Origin: Paludibacteraceae bacterium
GTDB lineage: Bacteria; Bacteroidota; Bacteroidia; Bacteroidales; Paludibacteraceae
Assembly (NCBI GenBank): GCA_045591505.1
Contig: JAZNSW010000029.1
Coordinates: forward strand, 50,368-114,367
DNA length: 64,000 bases
Reading direction: 5' to 3'
Every line of letters begins with the position of its first letter. Positions within the stretch are counted from its first letter, which is position 1. Position numbers and translations under genes: made by a program. The notes under the pieces are model-generated. The model did no database searches. It saw only the letters and a program-made list of their open reading frames with translations, and had not been told where the DNA came from. Shown here piece after piece: positions 42,833 through 53,269 of this stretch.

Positions 42833-44731
42833 ATGGAATATAAATACCTAAATACGATACAATATCCAAAAGATTTGCAAGCTTTGCCTCTAGAAGCATT
42901 GCCTACAGTATGTGACGAGTTGCGTGATTTTATTGTGCAAGAATTGAGCCATAATCCAGGACACTTAGGTTCATCGCTGGGAACTATTGAGTTAACTGTT
43001 GCTCTACACTATGTATTTGATACACCCAATGACCAATTGATATGGGATGTGGGGCATCAAGCATACGCACATAAGATTTTAACAGGACGCAGAGAGCGTT
43101 TCTGTACTAATCGTCAATTCAAAGGTCTTGCACCTTTTCCAACTCCAGCTGAGAGCGAATATGATGCATTTATTGCAGGACACGCCAGTAATAGCATTTC
43201 TGCTGCATTAGGTATTGCCATAGGTTCGTGCAACAAAAGCAATCATGTGGTAGCGATTATTGGAGATGGTGCTATGACTGGTGGTTTAGCCTTCGAGGGA
43301 CTGAACAATACATCCATGACCAAAAATAATCTACTCATTGTTCTCAATGATAATAACATGGCCATTGATCCTATTAAAGGAGGTTTCACCCAATATCTAC
43401 TAGATATAACTACCAGCAAACGCTACAACCAATGGCGTTGGTGGGGATACCAATTTGCACGCAAAATACACCTTATTAATGATAAAAACAAAGGTCGTGT
43501 ACTGCGATTTACCAATAACCTAAAAGCCATGCTCACCAAACAAGAGCAGAACATTTTCCAAGGGTTAAATATTCGCTATTTTGGTCCTGCTGATGGGCAT
43601 AATGTATTGGATTTAGTGCGTATCTTTAGCGAAATCAAAGACTATGAGGGTCCTAAAGTGCTACATATTATCACCAAAAAAGGCAAAGGTTATAAACCTG
43701 CGGAAAATGACCAAACGACTTGGCATGCACCAGGAGAATTTCGCGTAGAGACGGGAGAAAGACTAAAAGTTACTGATAAAAACGATAAAGGACAAAACAA
43801 AAGAATTAGCACTTTGTGGCAAGATGTCTTTGGTGACACTTTATTAGAGTTAGCACTACAAAATGAGAAGATAGTAGGTGTAACCCCTGCAATGCCCAGC
43901 GGTTGTAGCATGATTACCATGCAGGATGCCCTTCCCAATCGTGTTTTTGATGTAGGAATTGCAGAAGGACATGCTGTAACATTCTCTGCAGGCATGGCCA
44001 AAGCAGGAATGATTCCTTATTGCAATATATACTCCAGTTTCATGCAGCGCGCATATGACAATATAATCCATGATGTAGCCCTGCCTAATTTGCATGTCGT
44101 GCTGTGTATTGATCGTGCAGGTATTGTCGGTAATGATGGAGCAACGCATCATGGATTATTGGATTTGGCCTATCTTCGCCCTATTCCCAACATGATTATT
44201 GGAGCACCCATGATAAGCACAGATTTGCAACAAATGTTGCGATTAGCTCAAACAGTAAATGGACCAATTGCTATCCGCTATCCTCGCGGTTGTACAGTAA
44301 GCCGCACAGGACTCCCCCCCGTAGTGTTAGGCGAAGGCGTCTGCGTGAAACATGGTAGTAAAATAGCAGTATTGAGCATTGGAGCAATCGGCAATACTGT
44401 TATTGATGCTATTAATAGTATGGATATAGGCAAACAAAATCTATTTGCACACTATGATATGCGATGGTTGAAGCCCATCGATGAAATGCTGTTGGAGGAG
44501 ATAGCTCAGCAATTTAACACCCTAGTCACCGTTGAAGACGGTATGGTAAACGGCGGATTAGGAAGTGCAGTACTTGAATATATGGCAGACCATGGCTATA
44601 CACCAAAAGTTATTCGCCTTGGTGTGCATGACCAGTTTGTAGAACATGGTAGCACGAAAGAATTATATCAATTATTAAAATTAGATAAAGACGGAATATG
44701 CGAATCATTATTGCAGGCGCAGGCGCAGTAG
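42833..44731 (+). CDS. dxs: 1-deoxy-D-xylulose-5-phosphate synthase
   Basis: GHLGSSLG, DVGHQAYAHKILTGRR, IIGDGAMTGG. Confidence 0.95.
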   Translation: MEYKYLNTIQYPKDLQALPLEALPTVCDELRDFIVQELSHNPGHLGSSLGTIELTVALHYVFDTPNDQLIWDVGHQAYAHKILTGRRERFCTNRQFKGLAPFPTPAESEYDAFIAGHASNSISAALGIAIGSCNKSNHVVAIIGDGAMTGGLAFEGLNNTSMTKNNLLIVLNDNNMAIDPIKGGFTQYLLDITTSKRYNQWRWWGYQFARKIHLINDKNKGRVLRFTNNLKAMLTKQEQNIFQGLNIRYFGPADGHNVLDLVRIFSEIKDYEGPKVLHIITKKGKGYKPAENDQTTWHAPGEFRVETGERLKVTDKNDKGQNKRISTLWQDVFGDTLLELALQNEKIVGVTPAMPSGCSMITMQDALPNRVFDVGIAEGHAVTFSAGMAKAGMIPYCNIYSSFMQRAYDNIIHDVALPNLHVVLCIDRAGIVGNDGATHHGLLDLAYLRPIPNMIIGAPMISTDLQQMLRLAQTVNGPIAIRYPRGCTVSRTGLPPVVLGEGVCVKHGSKIAVLSIGAIGNTVIDAINSMDIGKQNLFAHYDMRWLKPIDEMLLEEIAQQFNTLVTVEDGMVNGGLGSAVLEYMADHGYTPKVIRLGVHDQFVEHGSTKELYQLLKLDKDGICESLLQAQAQ

Positions 44732-46032
44732 GACGCCATTTGGCCAAACTGTTATCGCACGAAGATATGGACATAAGTTTGATAGATGAGCGTCAAGATC
44801 GTTTAGGGGATTTGGATGCAAACTATGACCTACTTACAAAAATAGGAAGTCCAACATCCATCCATGACTTGAAAAATATCAATGTCAAAGATGTTGACCT
44901 CTTTATTGCTGTAACCCCATCTGAGTCCGATAATATCACAGCATGCTTGCTGGCAAATCAATTAGGTGCAAAAAAAACATTAGCGCGTATTGATAATTAT
45001 GAATATTTAATCCCCGAGAACAAACGTATTTTTGAACTTATGGGATTAAATCATCTAATTTATCCAGAACTATTAGCAGCACAGGAGATTACAGCTTCCC
45101 TCAAAACCAATTGGATGCGCTATCATATTACCTTGTGCAATGGCGCATTAGAATTATGCGTAGTCAAAGTACGAACAGGAGCTGAAGTGATTGGCAAAAA
45201 ATTTATTTCTGGATTTTTTAATCATGGTCTATACCGCGTAGTAGCTATCAAACGCGGACAGGAAACCATCATCCCTGGTGGTCAAGATGAAATCTACCCC
45301 GATGATACTGTGTACGCAGTATGTACACGCGAAAATATGAAGATTTTGCGCGAACAAATGGGTAAACAAAAGCGCGAAATCAAAAATATCATATTCTTTG
45401 GTGGCTCTAAAATTACACAAAAAACAGTGCAAAATCTTCCTGATGACCTCAGTATTAAAATCCTTGAAGCCGATCGTGAATTGTGTTATAACTTGAGTGA
45501 AAAAATAAGCAATGCACTCATTATCAATGCAGATGGTAGTGATATGGCAGTTCTTAAAGAGGAAGGAATCGAAGATGCAGATGCATTTGTAGCCGTAACC
45601 GACAGCAGCGAAGCCAATATTTTTGCTTGCATGGCCGCAAAACGATTCGGAGTAAAAAAGACCATTGCTGAGATTGAAAATATTGACTACATATCTATGG
45701 CAGAGGGATTAGAGATTGGTACAGTATTGAATAAAAAGACCATTGCAGCTTCATACATATACCAAATGTTATTAGACGCTAGCGTGCTCAACGTGCGCAA
45801 TCTCACTAGTGCCGATGCAGAAATCGTGGAATTTATGGCAGAAGAGGGGAGTCGCATCACCAAATGTAAAATACGTGATATGCGTTTACCAATAGATACC
45901 AATATAGGAGCCATCGTGCGTGCGGGTGAGGGTATTTTAGTAAATGGTGATACACAAATATTACAAGGAGATCAAGTAGTGGTCTTCTGCAAAAGTCAAG
46001 TTATTAGACAATTAGAAAAATTCTTCCGTTAA
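44698..46032 (+). CDS. trkA: Trk potassium uptake protein TrkA (two RCK/NAD-binding domains)
   Basis: MRIIIAGAGAVGRHLA. A second domain begins at about residue 230. 34-nt overlap with dxs. Confidence 0.9.
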   Translation: MRIIIAGAGAVGRHLAKLLSHEDMDISLIDERQDRLGDLDANYDLLTKIGSPTSIHDLKNINVKDVDLFIAVTPSESDNITACLLANQLGAKKTLARIDNYEYLIPENKRIFELMGLNHLIYPELLAAQEITASLKTNWMRYHITLCNGALELCVVKVRTGAEVIGKKFISGFFNHGLYRVVAIKRGQETIIPGGQDEIYPDDTVYAVCTRENMKILREQMGKQKREIKNIIFFGGSKITQKTVQNLPDDLSIKILEADRELCYNLSEKISNALIINADGSDMAVLKEEGIEDADAFVAVTDSSEANIFACMAAKRFGVKKTIAEIENIDYISMAEGLEIGTVLNKKTIAASYIYQMLLDASVLNVRNLTSADAEIVEFMAEEGSRITKCKIRDMRLPIDTNIGAIVRAGEGILVNGDTQILQGDQVVVFCKSQVIRQLEKFFR

Positions 46033-46090
46033 TTTACTATCGCATTATTCCAAGAATTATTCAGCAAATCGGTATAAAATCAAACATTCT

Positions 46091-47560
46091 ATGACCCGTA
46101 CTTTTAACACAAGAATGGTTTTTCGCACAATGGGTGCCCTATTGCTATTAGAAGCCCTTTTTATGGCATTAGCATTAGGTGTCAGTCTATGGTATAAAGA
46201 AGCAGACAACGGAATCTTCTTGCTATCCACCATCATCACATTGTGCGCAGGTGTAGTAGGATTACTCATTGGACGAAATGCAGAGTCGCGCATGGGCGAA
46301 CGAGAAGGCTATGTGATAGTGGCAATGGTATGGGTAGTGTTTTCCGCCTTTGGATTGCTCCCCTATTACCTTAGTGGACAAGTCCCTAGTTTGACCGATG
46401 CATGGTTTGAGAGCATGTCAGGTTTTACCACGACGGGTGCCACTATTATCCCAGACCTAGATGTAATTACCCATGGATTGCTTTTCTGGCGATCACTCAC
46501 ACAGTGGATTGGCGGTATGGGAATCATTGTGCTGTCTATTGCTATATTGCCTATCTTTGGGCTAAATGGTATGCAACTCTATGCTGCTGAAGTGTCGGGA
46601 TTGACCTACGAGAAAGTGTCACCCCGTATTTCTGATACGGCAAAAATGATGTGGAGTATATATATTTTACTCACTGTTACGGAGGTAGTTGCATTGTGGT
46701 TATGTGGCATGGATGTATTTGACGCGGTATGTCACTCCTTCTCGACTATTGCGACTGGTGGTTTCTCCACACACAACAATAGCTTAGAATACTACGACTC
46801 GGCAGCTATTCACTATACAGTGGCATTCTTCATGTTTATTTCGGGTATCAACTTCGTGCTACTTATCTATTTACTGCGTGGTAAAACCCGCTATTTCTTT
46901 AAGGATGAGGAGTTACGTTGGTATAGTGTAGCAGTAGCAGTGTTTGCAGTATTGCTGACATTAGGATTGTATATCGCTCGCCCAGGTTGGTCGGGTATTG
47001 AGATGGAGCGCGCTTTCCGCGATAGTGTGTTCACGGTGATTAGTTCAATGACATCAACAGGCTTTACCATTTCTGACTATATGTATTGGCCAGTTGTGGC
47101 ATGGGTAGTAATCTTCTTTTTGATGCTAACGGGTGCTTGTGCAGGTAGTACAGCAGGAGGAATTAAGTGGGTGCGTTTAGCTATTATTTTAAAGAATGGT
47201 ATAGCAGAGTTTCAACGACGTATTCATCCTAATGCGATTATCCCAGTAAAACTCAATGAAAAAACTGTACCTCAGCAGACAATTAATAATATAATGGCAT
47301 TTTTGATTTTCTATATATTCATCATTGTTATCACGGTGGTTATTTTCTGTGCCACTGGTGTAGATTTTGATGAGGCTATCGGTTCTGCTGTATCGGCTAT
47401 TGGCAACGTGGGAATTAGTATTGGTCAGTTTGGTCCAGCAGGTACGTATGCTGACTTCCCTATGGTAGCGAAATGGGTAATGAGTTTTGTCATGCTTATT
47501 GGTCGTTTAGAGATTTTCACTGTCTTGCTACTCTTCACTCGCACATTATGGAAGAAATAA
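46091..47560 (+). CDS. trkH: Trk potassium transporter membrane subunit TrkH
   Basis: Multi-TM protein with repeated selectivity-filter-like GFTTTGA, ATGGFST, TSTGFT and AGGIK motifs. Confidence 0.9.
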   Translation: MTRTFNTRMVFRTMGALLLLEALFMALALGVSLWYKEADNGIFLLSTIITLCAGVVGLLIGRNAESRMGEREGYVIVAMVWVVFSAFGLLPYYLSGQVPSLTDAWFESMSGFTTTGATIIPDLDVITHGLLFWRSLTQWIGGMGIIVLSIAILPIFGLNGMQLYAAEVSGLTYEKVSPRISDTAKMMWSIYILLTVTEVVALWLCGMDVFDAVCHSFSTIATGGFSTHNNSLEYYDSAAIHYTVAFFMFISGINFVLLIYLLRGKTRYFFKDEELRWYSVAVAVFAVLLTLGLYIARPGWSGIEMERAFRDSVFTVISSMTSTGFTISDYMYWPVVAWVVIFFLMLTGACAGSTAGGIKWVRLAIILKNGIAEFQRRIHPNAIIPVKLNEKTVPQQTINNIMAFLIFYIFIIVITVVIFCATGVDFDEAIGSAVSAIGNVGISIGQFGPAGTYADFPMVAKWVMSFVMLIGRLEIFTVLLLFTRTLWKK

Positions 47561-47584
47561 ACGATACTTTTCGAATGTAACAAT

Positions 47585-49024
47585 ATGAAACCACGATATA
47601 TTGCATACATAATATGGATTATCATTGCCGTCTTGGCTATGGTTTGTTTGATTGTACCAGAAGGTGGTTTCTCCATCGGAAAATGGACACTACGCTGGCC
47701 TACAATAACAGAAGCATTAGATTTAGAGGGAGATTCTATCGTTGATTTCGAAATAGAAAGTATAAATGACTCGCTTTTGACCAAAATAGATACAACAAAT
47801 TTATTGCCAATAGACAGCATAGTAGAACAAGATACATCAATAGTACATGATACAACACTAAAGAAACCTCAACCTACGATTCCATCAGTAGATGTGGTCA
47901 ATATCGATACACGAACATATCTTGGTGCGTTCTATGCTGCGTTAGATAGCGCAAGCAGTATGCCAGTACGTGTAGTTCACTATGGTGATTCGCAAATAGA
48001 AGAAGACCGAATAACCAATATTCTACGTGAATGTTGGCAAAAAGCATATGGAGGAGGAGGTCCTGGACTATTACCGCTACATCAAACTATTCCTACACGC
48101 ACTATTCGACAATGGTTATCTATTGATGGGGTTGTACAAACAACTCAGGGAGGACCTAAACGCTACCTTGTATATGGTCCCCGCTCTATGCGTATGACTG
48201 ACAGTGATGAATATGGTGTAATGGGACAAGTGGCTATAATGGATAGTACACTCATGGCTAACAGCACAAACATAGTGATGCATATAGAACCTATGAACAA
48301 TACATACAAATCGTATAATTACTTCAATCGCATTCGATTAGTGGCAGAGAATATACTTGGAGAAGTATCTACCAATGATACACTCATTCCTCTATCAGAT
48401 GATGGTGTCACACACTTAGCTGATAGCACGGTTCGTTGTGACATCCGATTGCAAGGATTAGGTAATGTGTACGGTGTGAGTTTAGAAACGCCGACTGGGG
48501 TGATAGTGGATAATATCCCTATGCGTGGTTGTTCGGGCAACATATTCACCAAAATAGATAGTACACAATTGAGTGATTTCTACCATAAAACCAATACTCG
48601 GCTGATTATCTTGGAATTTGGAGGAAATATGATTCCACAGACAGAAAATCCATCCACGATCAGTGGCTATGTACGTAATACGTTACGCCAACAAGTACGA
48701 TACATACGCGCTTGCGCGCCGCAGGCATCAATACTATTCATCGGTCCGAGCGATATGTCCACCCGCATTGATGGCAATATGACCACTTATCCATTGATTC
48801 CATATATGGATAAACAACTAAAGAAGATGGCGACGGAAGAGCAAATTGCATACTGGAGTATGTATGATGCTATGGGTGGAAAAAATAGTATGGTACATTG
48901 GGTTGAGATAGGTTTAGCTGGTAGCGATTATGTACACTTCACTAGAGCTGGAGCTAATAAGGTAGGACGTATTCTATATGAATGGATAATGGAATATCCA
49001 CAATCACTAAACACTAAACCATAA
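47585..49024 (+). CDS. SGNH/GDSL-like hydrolase or acyltransferase partner protein (479 aa)
   Basis: N-terminal TM helix, VVHYGDSQIEED (a GDS block), and pairing with an MBOAT gene. Confidence 0.6.
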   Translation: MKPRYIAYIIWIIIAVLAMVCLIVPEGGFSIGKWTLRWPTITEALDLEGDSIVDFEIESINDSLLTKIDTTNLLPIDSIVEQDTSIVHDTTLKKPQPTIPSVDVVNIDTRTYLGAFYAALDSASSMPVRVVHYGDSQIEEDRITNILRECWQKAYGGGGPGLLPLHQTIPTRTIRQWLSIDGVVQTTQGGPKRYLVYGPRSMRMTDSDEYGVMGQVAIMDSTLMANSTNIVMHIEPMNNTYKSYNYFNRIRLVAENILGEVSTNDTLIPLSDDGVTHLADSTVRCDIRLQGLGNVYGVSLETPTGVIVDNIPMRGCSGNIFTKIDSTQLSDFYHKTNTRLIILEFGGNMIPQTENPSTISGYVRNTLRQQVRYIRACAPQASILFIGPSDMSTRIDGNMTTYPLIPYMDKQLKKMATEEQIAYWSMYDAMGGKNSMVHWVEIGLAGSDYVHFTRAGANKVGRILYEWIMEYPQSLNTKP

Positions 49025-49040
49025 ACACTAAATTAGAATA

Positions 49041-50909
49041 ATGGATTTTTTACGCCACATATTTGCATTTGATAGTAATAGTCCACTGCTATTTACCCAA
49101 TTCTACTTCTGGGCATTTTTTGCAATTGTTTATACCATATATGCTGTCATCATGGAAGTAAAGCCCAGTATCGGCCCCTCCAAAAAGGCAAAAGAACTGG
49201 GTGGTGGAGGAAGAGGCATGCATACTCGCCTGCACTTACGAAATGTATTTTTAATGATGGTTAGTTGGTTCTTTTACTATAAAACCAGTGGACTATTCCT
49301 GCTCATATTGATATTTGTAACAATCAGCGACTGGCTGATAGCAAAGCAGATATACAGATGTAGGCGAGAAGGTGATGAGATAATAGAGCCCTCGATAGAG
49401 CAAAAAAGAAAGAGACAAGCAAAGTGGTGGTTAGCACTAAGTGTGGTGATTGATTTGGGACTATTGTGCTATTTTAAATATGCCTACTTCTTTACGAATG
49501 TGATAAATGACATATTCAGTACGGAGTTTGCAGTGTTTGATATATTTGCGTATATCGGCAATGGTTTCAGTGAAAATGGACGATTTATGGTGGACAAAAT
49601 CATATTACCTGTAGGTATATCGTTCTACCTATTCCAAGTAATGTCCTACACCATTGATGTCTATCGTGGACAAGTAAAACCTGTGCAAAAAATCTTAGAC
49701 TTTGGCTTTTATGTTAGTTTCTTTCCTGGATTAGTAGCAGGTCCTATTGTGCGAGCAAATGAATTTATTCCACAACTGTATCGACCATTCAATCTTAGCC
49801 AACGTATAGTAAAATTAGCCATATTTTGGATATTAAATGGATTAATAAAGAAAATTGTATTGAGCGACTATTTAGCAGTCAATCTCATTGATAGAGTATT
49901 TGACAATCCACTACTATTCAGCGGGTTTGAAAATTTATTTGCGTTATTTGCCTATTCTTTGCAAGTATATGCAGACTTTTCAGGCTATACTGATATTTCC
50001 ATAGGTATAGCCATGTTGATGGGATTTTATTTGCCTCAAAACTTCGACTCTCCCTATAAGTCTCGTAATCCACAAGAATTCTGGCGTCGATGGCATATGT
50101 CCCTCAGTAGATGGCTGAAAAGTTATTTATACATTCCTTTAGGCGGAAATCGCAGCATCTTGGGGAAACAAGTAAAAGACAAAATTGCTGCAGGAAATTT
50201 TAATTCATTCATTACCATGCTATTAGGTGGATTATGGCATGGAGCCAGTTGGAATTTTGTAATTTGGGGAGCACTAAATGGTGTAGGTATGATTGTTTAT
50301 AAAGTGTGGGCCAAGATGAACTGGAATATCAAGATGCTTCTAATGACATTACTTATGAGTGGCTTATGGTTCGCAAAAATGTTTCTACATGCGCCTATTT
50401 GGAATTTGTTCTTTGTATGGGGACTTATATTGTGGATTGGAACCCTTATTCGTTACATATACTGGTGGATTGAAAGATTAGGTAGTATCGCTATCAGCGG
50501 AACACCACGTGCCAACATCACCCGCAGCCTTAGTAATGCATGGGCAATAGCACAAACATTTGTTTTTATCACCTTCACACGACTATTTTTCCGTTCTGGT
50601 AGCAATCTTGATCCAGAAACAGCAAACTTAGAAGCGTGGGAAACAGCCCAAAATATGGTCGATCAAATCGGTGGAGCATGGAATAATAGCGTCATCCCTA
50701 GTTTTTTATGGGAATATCGTAATGTAGTCATTTTATTTATGTTGGGCATGATAATCCATTGGCTTCCTAGTAAAACGAAACGTTGGTATCGCCTTCGCTT
50801 TTGCACCTTACCTATATGGGTAATCATATTAATTTCTGTAATCGCAGTAATTGGCGTTTATCAATTTGTGACTGCAGATTTACAAGCATTTATATATTTT
50901 CAGTTCTAA
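49041..50909 (+). CDS. MBOAT-family membrane O-acyltransferase (AlgI/DltB/PatA-like)
   Basis: FWRRWHMSLSRWLKSYLYIPLGGNR with the conserved His. Multi-TM. Confidence 0.85.
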   Translation: MDFLRHIFAFDSNSPLLFTQFYFWAFFAIVYTIYAVIMEVKPSIGPSKKAKELGGGGRGMHTRLHLRNVFLMMVSWFFYYKTSGLFLLILIFVTISDWLIAKQIYRCRREGDEIIEPSIEQKRKRQAKWWLALSVVIDLGLLCYFKYAYFFTNVINDIFSTEFAVFDIFAYIGNGFSENGRFMVDKIILPVGISFYLFQVMSYTIDVYRGQVKPVQKILDFGFYVSFFPGLVAGPIVRANEFIPQLYRPFNLSQRIVKLAIFWILNGLIKKIVLSDYLAVNLIDRVFDNPLLFSGFENLFALFAYSLQVYADFSGYTDISIGIAMLMGFYLPQNFDSPYKSRNPQEFWRRWHMSLSRWLKSYLYIPLGGNRSILGKQVKDKIAAGNFNSFITMLLGGLWHGASWNFVIWGALNGVGMIVYKVWAKMNWNIKMLLMTLLMSGLWFAKMFLHAPIWNLFFVWGLILWIGTLIRYIYWWIERLGSIAISGTPRANITRSLSNAWAIAQTFVFITFTRLFFRSGSNLDPETANLEAWETAQNMVDQIGGAWNNSVIPSFLWEYRNVVILFMLGMIIHWLPSKTKRWYRLRFCTLPIWVIILISVIAVIGVYQFVTADLQAFIYFQF

Positions 50910-50935
50910 TTAACATAACAAGAGTAGCAAATAAC

Positions 50936-51526
50936 ATGATTGTTGGTTTGACTGGTGGGATAGGAAGTGGTAAAAGCACAATTGCTAAGCAGTTGTGCAA
51001 AATGGGGTACGTTATTTATGATACAGATAGTCACGCCAAAAGACTAATCATTGAAGACAAATCAGTACGCCAACAAATAGAGCAACTATTTGGTAAAGAA
51101 GTGTACAAAGATGGTAGATATCAAACCGCAATAGTAGCTCAACGAGTATTTGCGGACAAGACTCTTCTTTCCCAACTCAACGCAATTGTTCATCCTGCGG
51201 TAAAAAATGATATTCTTCGTTGGGCTGAACAAAACCCATCTGCAACGTGTATTGTAGAATGTGCCATATTGTATCAAGCAGGTTTTGACAAACTTTGCGA
51301 CAAAGTAATAGCTGTGACAGCCCCCGAAGAATTACGCATACAACGTGCTATAGCACGCGACCAAACTGATATAGAAAAGGTACGCGCTCGCATGCGCGCG
51401 CAAGATATAGAAAAATCACTACAATATGCAGACTTAGTAATTAATAATGATGGAAACACAAAAATTGAGAATATCTGCTTGCAAATTGAATATTTTTTAC
51501 ACTCAATAGAAGCACCTAATCATTGA
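50936..51526 (+). CDS. coaE: dephospho-CoA kinase
   Basis: MIVGLTGGIGSGKST. The upstream part of the 50783 ORF overlaps the MBOAT gene and is rejected. Confidence 0.9.
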   Translation: MIVGLTGGIGSGKSTIAKQLCKMGYVIYDTDSHAKRLIIEDKSVRQQIEQLFGKEVYKDGRYQTAIVAQRVFADKTLLSQLNAIVHPAVKNDILRWAEQNPSATCIVECAILYQAGFDKLCDKVIAVTAPEELRIQRAIARDQTDIEKVRARMRAQDIEKSLQYADLVINNDGNTKIENICLQIEYFLHSIEAPNH

Positions 51527-51551
51527 AAGTAATATTAAAAACAGTTTTTTC

Positions 51552-51582
51552 TTGCATATATCCATTTTTTTTTGTAACTTTG
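51552..51582 (+). promoter_or_regulatory. promoter (TTG...TAACTTTG) of the MBL-fold gene
   Basis: taactttg at 51575-51582. Confidence 0.5.
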
Positions 51583-51623
51583 CGGGCTGAATTTGTATTC
51601 TTAATATTACAATTAATCAACAA

Positions 51624-52451
51624 ATGACAGATAACCAACTTATATTCAGAAGTTTTGCCAGTGGTAGTAGTGGTAATTGCTACTATTTGGGGACTCCCCA
51701 ATGGGGTGTATTGATTGATGCGGGGATTTCTGCTCGCACCATTCAAAAGAATCTTCGTGAGATGGGTTTGGATTATGCCAATATCATGGGTGTACTTATC
51801 ACACACGACCATGCTGACCATATTCGTGCAGTAGGCACTTTGGGCGAACGTGTGCACCTTCCTATATATTCTACACGTACCATCCACGATGGTATTGATC
51901 GCAATTATGGTGTACGAGAGAAATTACGCACGTCTCAACGATACTTTGAAAAAGGCATTGCATGGGAACTCAAAGATATGACCATCAACACGTTTGGCAT
52001 CTCACATGATTCATCAGAGTGTATTGGATATGTAATTGATTTTCATGGACAACGTTTTATGATTGCTACAGACTGTGGCCAACCGAATGCTACCATGGAA
52101 ATGTATTTAAGTACAGCCAATCATGTGGTGATAGAAGCCAATCATGATGAACAATTGCTCTTAAATGGTCCATATCCTACTTATCTAAAGCAACGCATTC
52201 TCTCTAACAAGGGGCATCAAAGTAATGTTACATGTGGCGAACTGCTCTCAAAGAATTGGCATATAGGAATGCGAAATGTATTTTTATGCCACTTGAGTCA
52301 TGAAAATAATGATCCTACAGTTGCTCTTAACACCATTAAGGATATATTACTTGATAGTGGCATAATGCCAGGTGAAGATGTTTTCATTACTCCTCTTGAG
52401 CGACAGAAACCAAGCGATGTATATACATTAACTGATACGGTTATCAAATAG
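51624..52451 (+). CDS. MBL-fold metallo-hydrolase
   Basis: LITHDHADHIRAVG (HxHxDH). Confidence 0.85.
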   Translation: MTDNQLIFRSFASGSSGNCYYLGTPQWGVLIDAGISARTIQKNLREMGLDYANIMGVLITHDHADHIRAVGTLGERVHLPIYSTRTIHDGIDRNYGVREKLRTSQRYFEKGIAWELKDMTINTFGISHDSSECIGYVIDFHGQRFMIATDCGQPNATMEMYLSTANHVVIEANHDEQLLLNGPYPTYLKQRILSNKGHQSNVTCGELLSKNWHIGMRNVFLCHLSHENNDPTVALNTIKDILLDSGIMPGEDVFITPLERQKPSDVYTLTDTVIK

Positions 52452-52463
52452 AAACAATCAACT

Positions 52464-53204
52464 ATGGATAAATTAGTTATTATTCCTACTTACAACGAGA
52501 AGGAAAATATTCAAGCAATTATTACAGCAGTGATGAATCTCCCATTAGGTTTTCACGTGTTAGTAATTGATGATGGTTCACCTGATGGTACTGCAAACAT
52601 TGTAAAAGGTATGATGGAAGGTGAATACTCAGGCAAATTGCATATAATAGAACGCCAAGGTAAATTAGGTTTAGGTACAGCCTATATTACAGGTTTTAAA
52701 TGGGCTATTGAGCACAAATATGACTACATATTTGAGATGGATGCAGATTTTTCTCACAATCCTGAAGATTTGCTAAAATTATATGATGCTTGCGCTAATC
52801 AAGGTGCAGATGTAGCTATTGGAAGTCGCTACGTCAGCGGTGTGAATGTTGTAAACTGGCCAATGGGACGTGTGCTGATGTCCTACTTTGCAAGCAAATA
52901 TGTACGCTTTGTGCTGGGAGTAAATATCCACGACACCACAGCAGGATTTAAGTGTTATCGTCGCCAAGTATTAGAAACTATTGAATTAGATAAAATACGC
53001 TTCAAAGGTTATGCTTTTCAAATTGAGATGAAATATACTGCCTATAAGTGCGGTTTTACGATTAAAGAAGTGCCTATCATCTTTATCAATCGTGTATTGG
53101 GAACAAGTAAAATGTCTGGTGGAATCTTCTCAGAAGCCCTGCTTGGGGTTATCCAACTGAAATTGAATTCAATCACACGCAAATACCCACAGAAAAACGC
53201 TTAG
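52464..53204 (+). CDS. polyprenol-phosphate mannosyltransferase-like GT2
   Basis: VIIPTYNEKENI...VIDDGSPDGT...EMDADFSH. Confidence 0.85.
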   Translation: MDKLVIIPTYNEKENIQAIITAVMNLPLGFHVLVIDDGSPDGTANIVKGMMEGEYSGKLHIIERQGKLGLGTAYITGFKWAIEHKYDYIFEMDADFSHNPEDLLKLYDACANQGADVAIGSRYVSGVNVVNWPMGRVLMSYFASKYVRFVLGVNIHDTTAGFKCYRRQVLETIELDKIRFKGYAFQIEMKYTAYKCGFTIKEVPIIFINRVLGTSKMSGGIFSEALLGVIQLKLNSITRKYPQKNA

Positions 53205-53269
53205 GCGTTTTTCTTAATTTAGAGAATGCCAATCTGCCACTATAATTTAGATTTAAAGGAAAAAATAAT

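Noticed and set aside
50783-50935. The N-terminal extension of the coaE ORF
   Set aside because: It overlaps the 3' end of the MBOAT gene in another frame. The canonical MIVGLTGGIGSGKST start is at 50936.
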